Assembly: GCA_964057225.1 (NCBI GenBank)
Contig: OZ059900.1
Span: forward strand, 22,940,001-23,004,000
Source: Auanema rhodensis
Lineage: Eukaryota; Animalia; Nematoda
Direction of reading: 5' to 3'
DNA length: 64,000 bases
Part shown: in pieces, positions 30,001-41,848 of the stretch
Numbering within the stretch: the stretch's first letter is position 1
Layout: each line of letters begins with the position of its first letter
Made by a program: the position numbers and the translations under genes
The notes under the pieces: model-generated
Database searches by the model: none
Told to the model about the DNA's origin: nothing
The model's input: only the letters and a program-made list of their open reading frames with translations

Positions 30001-33000
30001 CAAAAACACAGTATTTCCCATGAGAAATTATTTATTATGCTGGAAAACCAGTTTTTGGAAATTTCGCTGTAAACAAGGTTTTGACTTACGATTTCATGTG
30101 TTCAAACTCATGCAATGTCAATGAAACCTAGCTCAAAATTGTTCGTACAACGTCTAGTTCCACTTTCACGACAAAAAAACAAGGGTTAGAAAATTAAGGA
30201 AATTAGCATATTCTGAGGGCACGCCCCTTATGGCTAATATTGATTAAATCGATTTTTGTTCATATGAGTCGTCAAATGCAACGAATTTCAGCGTGTTACA
30301 TACTAAAATGAAGCATTTTACATGCTGAACACTAGAAAAATACAAAAACACAGTATTTCCCATGAGAAATATTTTATTATGCTGGAAAACCAGTTTTTGG
30401 AAATTTCGCTGTAAACAAGGTTTTGACTTACGATTTCATGTGTTCAAACTCATGCAATGTCAATGAAACCTAGCTCAAAATTGTTCGTACAACGTCTAGT
30501 TCCACTTTTACGACAAAAAAACAAGGGTTAGAAAATTAAGGAAATTAGCATATTCTGAGAGCACGCCCCTTATGGCTAATATTGATTAAATCGATTTTTG
30601 TTCATATGAGTCGTCAAATGCAACGAATTTCAGCGTGTTACATACTAAAATGAAGCATTTTACATGCTGAACACTAGAAAAATACAAAAACACAGTATTT
30701 CCCATGAGAAATATTTTATTATGCTGGAAAACCAGTTTTTGGAAATTTCGCTGTAAACAAGGTTTTGACTTACGATTTCATGTGTTCAAACTCATGCAAT
30801 GTCAATGAAACCTAGCTCAAAATTGTTCGTACAACGTCTAGTTCCACTTTCACGACAAAAAAACAGGGGTTAGAAAATTAAGGAAATTAGCATATTCTGA
30901 GGGCACGCCCCTTATGGCTAATATTGATTAAATCGATTTTTGTTCATATGAGTCGTCAAATGCAACGAATTTCAGCGTGTTACATACTAAAATGAAGCAT
31001 TTTACATGCTGAACACCAGAAAAATACAAAAACACAGTATTTCCCATGAGAAATATTTTATTATGCTGGAAAACCAGTTTTTGGAAATTTCGCTGTAAAC
31101 AAGGTTTTGACTTACGATTTCATGTGTTCAAACTCATGCAATGTCAATGAAACTTGGCTCAAAATTGTTCGTACAACGTCTAGTTCCACTTTCACGACAA
31201 AAAAACAGGGGTTAGAAAATTAAGGAAATTAGCATATTCTGAGGGCACGCCCCTTATGGCTAATATTGATTAAATCGATTTTTGTTCATATGAGTCGTCA
31301 AATGCAACGAATTTCAGCGTGTTACATACTAAAATGAAGCATTTTACATGCTGAACACTAGAAAAATACAAAAACACAGTATTTCCTATGAGAAATATTT
31401 TATTATGCTGGAAAACCAGTTTTTGGAAATTTCGCTGTAAACAAGGTTTTGACTTACGATTTCATGTGTTCAAACTCATGCAATGTCAATGAAACCTAGC
31501 TCAAAATTGTTCGTACAACGTCTAGTTCCACTTTCACGACAAAAAAACAGGGGTTAGAAAATTAAGGAAATTAGCATATTCTGAGGGCACGCCCCTTATG
31601 GCTAATATTGATTAAATCGATTTTTGTTCATATGAGTCGTCAAATGCAACGAATTTCAGCGTGTTACATATTAAAATGAAGCATTTTACATGCTGAACAC
31701 TAGAAAAATACAAAAACACAGTATTTCTCATGAGAAATATTTTATTATGCTGGAAAACCAGTTTTTGGAAATTTCGCTGTAAACAAGGTTTTGACTTACG
31801 ATTTCATGTGTTCAAACTCATGCAATGTCAATGAAACCTAGCTCAAAATTGTTCGTACAACGTCTAGTTCCACTTTCACGACAAAAAAACAAGGGTTAGA
31901 AAATTAAGGAAATTAGCATATTCTGAGGGCACGCCCCTTATGGCTAATATTGATTAAATCGATTTTTGTTCATATGAGTCGTCAAATGCAACGAATTTCA
32001 GCGTGTTACATACTAAAATGAAGCATTTTACATGCTGAACACTAGAAAAATACAAAAACACAGTATTTCCCATGAGAAATATTTTATTATGCTGGAAAAC
32101 CAGTTTTTGGAAATTTCGCTGTAAACAAGGTTTTGACTTACGATTTCATGTGTTCAAACTCATGCAATGTCAATGAAACCTAGCTCAAAGTTGTTCGTAC
32201 AACGTCTAGTTCCACTTTCAAGACAAAAAAACAGGGGTTAGAAAATTAAGGAAATTAGCATATTCTGAGGGCACGCCCCTTATGGCTAATATTGATTAAA
32301 TCGATTTTTGTTCATATGAGTCGTCAAATGCAACGAATTTCAGCGTGTTACATACTAAAATGAAGCATTTTACATGCTGAACACTAGAAAAATACAAAAA
32401 CACAGTATTTCCCATGAGAAATATTTTATTATGCTGGAAAACCAGTTTTTGGAAATTTCGCTGTAAACAAGGTTTTGACTTACGATTTCATTTGTTCAAA
32501 CTCATGCAATGTCAATGAAACCTAGCTCAAAATTATTTGTACAACGTCTAGTTCCACTTTCACGACAAAAAAACAGGGGTTAGAAAATTAAGGAAATTAG
32601 CATATTCTGAGGGCACGCCCCTTATGGCTAATATTGATTAAATCGATTTTTGTTCATATGAGTCGTCAAATGCAACGAATTTCAGCGTGTTACATACTAA
32701 AATGAAGCATTTTACATGCTGAACACTAGAAAAATACAAAAACACAGTATTTCCCATGAGAAATATTTTATTATGCTGGAAAACCAGTTTTTGGAAATTT
32801 CGCTGTAAACAAGGTTTTGACTTACGATTTCATGTGTTCAAACTCATGCAATGTCAATGAAACCTAGCTCAAAATTGTTCGTACAACGTCTAGTTCCACT
32901 TTCACGACAAAAAAACAAGGGTTAGAAAATTAAGGAAATTAGCATATTCTGAGGGCACGCCCCTTATGGCTAATATTGATTAAATCGATTTTTGTTCATA

Positions 33001-36000
33001 TGAGTCGTCAAATGCAACGAATTTCAGCGTGTTACATACTAAAATGAAGCATTTTACATGCTGAACACTAGAAAAATACAAAAACACAGTATTTCCCATG
33101 AGAAATATTTTATTATGCTGGAAAACCAGTTTTTGGAAATTTCGCTGTAAACAAGGTTTTGACTTACGATTTCATGTGTTCAAACTCATGCAATGTCAAT
33201 GAAACCTAGCTCAAAATTGTTCGTACAACGTCTAGTTCCACTTTCACGACAAAAAAACAGGGGTTAGAAAATTAAGGAAATTAGCATATTCTGAGGGCAC
33301 GCCCCTTATGGCTAATATTGATTAAATCGATTTTTGTTCATATGAGTCGTCAAATGCAACGAATTTCAGCGTGTTACATACTAAAATGAAGCATTTTACA
33401 TGCTGAACACTAGAAAAATACAAAAACACAGTATTTCCTATGAGAAATATTTTATTATGCTGGAAAACCAGTTTTTGGAAATTTCGCTGTAAACAAGGTT
33501 TTGACTTACGATTTCATGTGTTCAAACTCATGCAATGTCAATGAAACCTAGCTCAAAATTGTTCGTACAACGTCTAGTTCCACTTTCACGACAAAAAAAC
33601 AGGGGTTAGAAAATTAAGGAAATTAGCATATTCTGAGGGCACGCCCCTTATGGCTAATATTGATTAAATCGATTTTTGTTCATATGAGTCGTCAAATGCA
33701 ACGAATTTCAGCGTGTTACATACTAAAATGAAGCATTTTACATGCTGAACACTGAAAGAATACAAAAACACAGTATTTCTCATGAGAAATATTTTATTAT
33801 GCTGGAAAACCAGTTTTTGGAAATTTCGCTGTAAACAAGGTTTTGACTTACGATTTCATGTGTTCAAACTCATGCAATGTCAATGAAACTTGGCTCAAAA
33901 TTGTTCGTACAACGTCTAGTTCCACTTTCACGACAAAAAAACAGGGGTTAGAAAATTAAGGAAATTAGCATATTCTGAGGGCACGCCCCTTATGGCTAAT
34001 ATTGATTAAATCGATTTTTGTTCATATGAGTCGTCAAATGCAACGAATTTCAGCGTGTTACATACTAAAATGAAGCATTTTACATGCTGAACACTAGAAA
34101 AATACAAAAACACAGTATTTCCTATGAGAAATATTTTATTATGCTGGAAAACCAGTTTTTGGAAATTTCGCTGTAAACAAGGTTTTGACTTACGATTTCA
34201 TGTGTTCAAACTCATGCAATGTCAATGAAACCTAGCTCAAAATTGTTCGTACAACGTCTAGTTCCACTTTCACGACAAAAAAACAGGGGTTAGAAAATTA
34301 AGGAAATTAGCATATTCTGAGGGCACGCCCCTTATGGCTAATATTGATTAAATCGATTTTTGTTCATATGAGTCGTCAAATGCAACGAATTTCAGCGTGT
34401 TACATACTAAAATGAAGCATTTAACATGCTGAACACTAGAAAAATACAAAAACACAGTATTTCTCATGAGAAATATTTTATTATGCTGGAAAACCAGTTT
34501 TTGGAAATTTCGCTGTAAACAAGGTTTTGACTTACGATTTCATGTGTTCAAACTCATGCAATGTCAATGAAACCTAGCTCAAAATTGTTTGTACAACGTC
34601 TAGTTCCACTTTCACGACAAAAAAACAGGGGTTAGAAAATTAAGGAAATTAGCATATTCTGAGGGCACGCCCCTTATGGCTAATATTGATTAAATCGATT
34701 TTTTGTTCATATGAGTCGTCAAATGCAACGAATTTCAGCGTGTTACATACTAAAATGAAGCATTTTACATGCTGAACACTAGAAAAATACAAAAACACAG
34801 TATTTCCCATGAGAAATTATTTATTATGCTGGAAAACCAGTTTTTGGAAATTTCGCTGTAAACAAGGTTTTGACTTACGATTTCATGTGTTCAAACTCAT
34901 GCAATGTCAATGAAACCTAGCTCAAAATTGTTCGTACAACGTCTAGTTCCACTTTCACGACAAAAAAACAAGGGTTAGAAAATTAAGGAAATTAGCATAT
35001 TCTGAGGGCACGCCCCTTATGGCTAATATTGATTAAATCGATTTTTGTTCATATGAGTCGTCAAATGCAACGAATTTCAGCGTGTTACATACTAAAATGA
35101 AGCATTTTACATGCTGAACACTAGAAAAATACAAAAACACAGTATTTCCCATGAGAAATATTTTATTATGCTGGAAAACCAGTTTTTGGAAATTTCGCTG
35201 TAAACAAGGTTTTGACTTACGATTTCATGTGTTCAAACTCATGCAATGTCAATGAAACCTAGCTCAAAATTGTTCGTACAACGTCTAGTTCCACTTTCAC
35301 GACAAAAAAACAGGGGTTAGAAAATTAAGGAAATTAGCATATTCTGAGGGCACGCCCCTTATGGCTAATATTGATTAAATCGATTTTTGTTCATATGAGT
35401 CGTCAAATGCAACGAATTTCAGCGTGTTACATACTAAAATGAAGCATTTTACATGCTGAACACTAGAAAAATACAAAAACACAGTATTTCCTATGAGAAA
35501 TATTTTATTATGCTGGAAAACCAGTTTTTGGAAATTTCGCTGTAAACAAGGTTTTGACTTACGATTTCATGTGTTCAAACTCATGCAATGTCAATGAAAC
35601 CTAGCTCAAAATTGTTCGTACAACGTCTAGTTCCACTTTCACGACAAAAAAACAGGGGTTAGAAAATTAAGGAAATTAGCATATTCTGAGGGCACGCCCC
35701 TTATGGCTAATATTGATTAAATCGATTTTTGTTCATATGAGTCGTCAAATGCAACGAATTTCAGCGTGTTACATACTAAAATGAAGCATTTAACATGCTG
35801 AACACTAGAAAAATACAAAAACACAGTATTTCTCATGAGAAATATTTTATTATGCTGGAAAACCAGTTTTTGGAAATTTCGCTGTAAACAAGGTTTTGAC
35901 TTACGATTTCATGTGTTCAAACTCATGCAATGTCAATGAAACCTAGCTCAAAATTGTTTGTACAACGTCTAGTTCCACTTTCACGACAAAAAAACAGGGG

Positions 36001-36360
36001 TTAGAAAATTAAGGAAATTAGCATATTCTGAGGGCACGCCCCTTATGGCTAATATTGATTAAATCGATTTTTTGTTCATATGAGTCGTCAAATGCAACGA
36101 ATTTCAGCGTGTTACATACTAAAATGAAGCATTTTACATGCTGAACACTAGAAAAATACAAAAACACAGTATTTCCCATGAGAAATATTTTATTGAGCTG
36201 GAAAACCAGTTTTTGGAAATTTCGCTGTAAACAAGGTTTTGACTTACGATTTCATGTGTTCAAACTCATGCAATGTCAATGAAACCTAGCTCAAAATTGT
36301 TCGTACAACGTCTAGTTCCACTTTCACGACAAAAAAACAGGGGTTAGAAAATTAAGGAAA

Positions 36361-39300
36361 TTAGCATATTCTGAGGGCACGCCCCTTATGGCTAATATTG
36401 ATTAAATCGATTTTTGTTCATATGAGTCGTCAAATGCAACGAATTTCAGCGTGTTACATACTAAAATGAAGCATTTTACATGCTGAACACTAGAAAAATA
36501 CAAAAACACAGTATTTCCCATGAGAAATATTTTATTATGCTGGAAAACCAGTTTTAGCATATTCTGAGGGCACGCCCCTTATGGCTAATATTGATTAAAT
36601 CGATTTTTGTTCATATGAGTCGTCAAATGCAACGAATTTCAGCGTGTTACATACTAAAATGAAGCATTTTACATGCTGAACACTAGAAAAATACAAAAAC
36701 ACAGTATTTCCCATGAGAAATATTTTATTGAGCTGGAAAACCAGTTTTTGGAAATTTCGCTGTAAACAAGGTTTTGACTTACGATTTCATGTGTTCAAAC
36801 TCATGCAATGTCAATGAAACCTAGCTCAAAATTGTTCGTACAACGTCTAGTTCCACTTTCACGACAAAAAAACAGGGGTTAGAAAATTAAGGAAATTAGC
36901 ATATTCTGAGGGCACGCCCCTTATGGCTAATATTGATTAAATCGATTTTTGTTCATATGAGTCGTCAAATGCAACGAATTTCAGCGTGTTACATACTCAA
37001 ATGAAGCATTTTACATGCTGAAAACTAGAAAAATACAAAAACACAGTATTTCCCATGAGAAATATTTTATTATGCTGGAAAACCAGTTTTTGGAAATTTC
37101 GCTGTAAACAAGGTTTTGACTTACGATTTCATGTGTTCAAACTCATGCAATGTCAATGAAACCTAGCTCAAAATTGTTCGTACAACGTCTAGTTCCACTT
37201 TCACGACAAAAAAACAGGGGTTAGAAAATTAAGGAAATTAGCATATTCTGAGGGCACGCCCCTTATGGCTAATATTGATTAAATCGATTTTTGTTCATAT
37301 GAGTCGTCAAATGCAACGAATTTCAGCGTGTTACATACTAAAATGAAGCATTTTACATGCTGAACACTAGAAAAATACAAAAACACAGTATTTCCCATGA
37401 GAAATATTTTATTATGCTGGAAAACCAGTTTTTGGAAATTTCGCTGTAAACAAGGTTTTGACTTACGATTTCATGTGTTCAAACTCATGCAATGTCAATG
37501 AAACCTAGCTCAAAATTGTTCGTACAACGTCTAGTTCCACTTTCACGACAAAAAAACAGGGGTTAGAAAATTAAGGAAATTAGCATATTCTGAGGGCACG
37601 CCCCTTATGGCTAATATTGATTAAATCGATTTTTGTTCATATGAGTCGTCAAATGCAACGAATTTCAGCGTGTTACATACTAAAATGAAGCATTTTACAT
37701 GCTGAACACTAGAAAAATACAAAAACACAGTATTTCCCATGAGAAATATTTTATTGAGCTGGAAAACCAGTTTTTGGAAATTTCGCTGTAAACAAGGTTT
37801 TGACTTACGATTTCATGTGTTCAAACTCATGCAATGTCAATGAAACCTAGCTCAAAATTGTTCGTACAACGTCTAGTTCCACTTTCACGACAAAAAAACA
37901 GGGGTTAGAAAATTAAGGAAATTAGCATATTCTGAGGGCACGCCCCTTATGGCTAATATTGATTAAATCGATTTTTGTTCATATGAGTCGTCAAATGCAA
38001 CGAATTTCAGCGTGTTACATACTAAAATGAAGCATTTTACATGCTGAACACTAGAAAAATACAAAAACACAGTATTTCCCATGAGAAATATTTTATTATG
38101 CTGGAAAACCAGTTTTAGCATATTCTGAGGGCACGCCCCTTATGGCTAATATTGATTAAATCGATTTTTGTTCATATGAGTCGTCAAATGCAACGAATTT
38201 CAGCGTGTTACATACTAAAATGAAGCATTTTACATGCTGAACACTAGAAAAATACAAAAACACAGTATTTCCCATGAGAAATATTTTATTGAGCTGGAAA
38301 ACCAGTTTTTGGAAATTTCGCTGTAAACAAGGTTTTGACTTACGATTTCATGTGTTCAAACTCATGCAATGTCAATGAAACCTAGCTCAAAATTGTTCGT
38401 ACAACGTCTAGTTCCACTTTCACGACAAAAAAACAGGGGTTAGAAAATTAAGGAAATTAGCATATTCTGAGGGCACGCCCCTTATGGCTAATATTGATTA
38501 AATCGATTTTTGTTCATATGAGTCGTCAAATGCAACGAATTTCAGCGTGTTACATACTCAAATGAAGCATTTTACATGCTGAAAACTAGAAAAATACAAA
38601 AACACAGTATTTCCCATGAGAAATATTTTATTATGCTGGAAAACCAGTTTTTGGAAATTTCGCTGTAAACAAGGTTTTGACTTACGATTTCATGTGTTCA
38701 AACTCATGCAATGTCAATGAAACCTAGCTCAAAATTGTTCGTACAACGTCTAATTCCACTTTCACGACAAAAAAACAGGGGTTAGAAAATTAAGGAAATT
38801 AGCATATTCTGAGGGCACGCCCCTTATGGCTAATATTGATTAAATCGATTTTTGTTCATATGAGTCGTCAAATGCAACGAATTTCAGCGTGTTACATACT
38901 AAAATGAAGCATTTTACATGCTGAACACTAGAAAAATACAAAAACACAGTATTTCCCATGAGAAATATTTTATTGAGCTGGAAAACCAGTTTTTGGAAAT
39001 TTCGCTGTAAACAAGGTTTTGACTTACGATTTCATGTGTTCAAACTCATGCAATGTCAATGAAACCTAGCTCAAAATTGTTCGTACAACGTCTAGTTCCA
39101 CTTTCACGACAAAAAAACAGGGGTTAGAAAATTAAGGAAATTAGCATATTCTGAGGGCACGCCCCTTATGGCTAATATTGATTAAATCGATTTTTGTTCA
39201 TATGAGTCGTCAAATGCAACGAATTTCAGCGTGTTACATACTAAAATGAAGCATTTTACATGCTGAACACTAGAAAAATACAAAAACACAGTATTTCCCA

Positions 39301-39870
39301 TGAGAAATATTTTATTATGCTGGAAAACCAGTTTTAGCATATTCTGAGGGCACGCCCCTTATGGCTAATATTGATTAAATCGATTTTTGTTCATATGAGT
39401 CGTCAAATGCAACGAATTTCAGCGTGTTACATACTAAAATGAAGCATTTTACATGCTGAACACTAGAAAAATACAAAAACACAGTATTTCCCATGAGAAA
39501 TATTTTATTATGCTGGAAAACCAGTTTTTGGAAATTTCGCTGTAAACAAGGTTTTGACTTACGATTTCATGTGTTCAAACTCATGCAATGTCAATGAAAC
39601 CTAGCTCAAAATTGTTCGTACAACGTCTAGTTCCACTTTCACGACAAAAAAACAGGGGTTAGAAAATTAAGGAAATTAGCATATTCTGAGGGCACGCCCC
39701 TTATGGCTAATATTGATTAAATCGATTTTTGTTCATATGAGTCGTCAAATGCAACGAATTTCAGCGTGTTACATACTAAAATGAAGCATTTTACATGCTG
39801 AACACTAGAAAAATACAAAAACACAGTATTTCCCATGAGAAATATTTTATTATGCTGGAAAACCAGTTTT
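36361..39870 (+). repeat. Region with four 193-bp truncated satellite A monomers sharing one 149-bp deletion
   Basis: The novel junction CCAGTTTTAGCATATTC occurs at about 36555, 38116, 39335 and 39870. TTAGCATATT spacing from 36361 to 36554 is 193 bp. Confidence 0.95.
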
Positions 39871-41848
39871 AGCATATTCTGAGGGCACGCCCCTTATGGC
39901 TAATATTGATTAAATCGATTTTTGTTCATATGAGTCGTCAAATGCAACGAATTTCAGCGTGTTACATACTAAAATGAAGCATTTTACATGCTGAACACTA
40001 GAAAAATACAAAAACACAGTATTTCTCATGAGAAATATTTTATTATGCTGGAAAACCAGTTTTTGGAAATTTCGCTGTAAACAAGGTTTTGACTTACGAT
40101 TTCATGTGTTCAAACTCATGCAATGTCAATGAAACCTAGCTCAAAATTGTTTGTACAACGTCTAGTTCCACTTTCACGACAAAAAAACAGGGGTTAGAAA
40201 ATTAAGGAAATTAGCATATTCTGAGGGCACGCCCCTTATGGCTAATATTGATTAAATCGATTTTTGTTCATATGAGTAGTCAAATGCAACGAATTTCAGC
40301 GTGTTACATACTTAAATGAAGCATTTTACATGCTGAACACTAGAAAAATACAAAAACACAGTATTTCCCATGAGAAATATTTTATTATGCTGGAAACCAG
40401 TTTTTGGAATTTTCGCTGTAAACAAGGTTTTGACTTACGATTTCATGTGTTCAAACTCATGCAATGTCAATGAAACCTAGCTCAAAATTGTTCCTACAAC
40501 GTCTAATTCCACTTTCACGACAAAAAAACAGGGGTTAGAAAATTTAGGAAATTAGCATATTCTGAGGGCACGCCCCTTATGGCTAATATTGATTAAATCG
40601 ATTTTTGTTCATATAAGTCGTCAAATGCAACGAATTTCAGCGTGTTACATACTAAAATGAAGTATTTTACATGCTGAACACTAGAAAAATACAAAAACAC
40701 AGTATTTCCCATGAGAAATATTTTATTATGCTGGAAAACCAGTTTTTGGAAATTTCGCTGTAAACAAGGTTATGACTTACGATTTCATGTGTTCAAACTC
40801 ATGCAATGTCAATGAAACCTAGCTCAAAATTGTTCGTACAACGTCTAGTTCCACTTTCACGACAAAAAAACAGGGGTTAGAAAATTTAGGAAATTAGCAT
40901 ATTCTGAGGGCACGCCCCTTATGGCTAATATTGATTAAATCGATTTTTGTTCATATGAGTCGTCAAGTGCAACGAATTTCAGCGTGTTACATACTAAAAT
41001 GAAGTATTTTACATGCTGAACACTAGAAAAATACAAAAACACAGTATTTCCCATGAGAAATATTTTATTATGCTGGAAAACCAGTTTGAAAATTTCGCTG
41101 TAAACAAAGTTTTGACTTACGATTGCATGTGTTCAAACTCATGCAATGTCAATGAAACCTAGCTCAAAATTGTTCGTACAACGTCTAGTTCCACTTTCAC
41201 GACAAAAAAACAGGGGTTAGAAAATTAAGGAAATTAGCATATTCTGAGGGCACGCCCCTTATGGCTAATATTGATTAAATCGATTTTTGTTCATATGAGT
41301 CGTCAAATGCAACGAATTTCAGCGTGTTACATACTAAAATGAAGCATTTTACATGCTGAACACTAGAAAAATACAAAAACACAGTATTTCCCATGAGAAA
41401 TATTTTATTGAGCTGGAAAACCAGTTTTTGGAAATTTCGCTGTAAACAAGGTTTTGACTTACGATTTCATGTGTTCAAACTCATACAATGTCAATGAAAC
41501 CTAGCTCAAAATTGTTCGTACAACGTCTAGTTCCACTTTCACGACAAAAAAACAGGGGTTAGAAAATTAAGGAAATTAGCATATTCTGAGGGCACGCCCC
41601 TTATGGCTAATATTGATTAAATCGATTTTTGTTCATATGAGTCGTCAAATGCAACGAATTTCAGCGTGTTACATACTAAAATGAAGCATTTTACATGCTG
41701 AACACTAGAAAAATACAAAAACACAGTATTTCCCATGAGAAATATTTTATTATGCTGGAAAACCAGTTTTTGAAAATTTCGCTGTAAACAAAGTTTTGAC
41801 TTACGATTGCATGTGTTCAAACTCATGCATAGTCAATGAAACCTAGCT

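Larger units (their letters stand above)
1..41848 (+). repeat. Satellite A: tandem array of a 342-bp monomer (about 122 copies), running off the left edge of the window
   Basis: ATTTCATGTGTTCAAACTC recurs at 1, 343, 685, 1027 and onward (period 342). Monomers usually differ by only a few substitutions. Hand count gives 116/342 GC (34%), with many A/T tracts. The array ends at ...GAAACCTAGCT (41848). Strand is by convention only. Confidence 0.99.

Noticed and set aside
41617-41826. 69-aa ORF on the minus strand
   Set aside because: It lies inside the last A monomer. It is open only because an edge variant (GATTTC>GATTGC, about 41809) turns the consensus TGA after MSLNT into TGC. It has no recognisable protein features.
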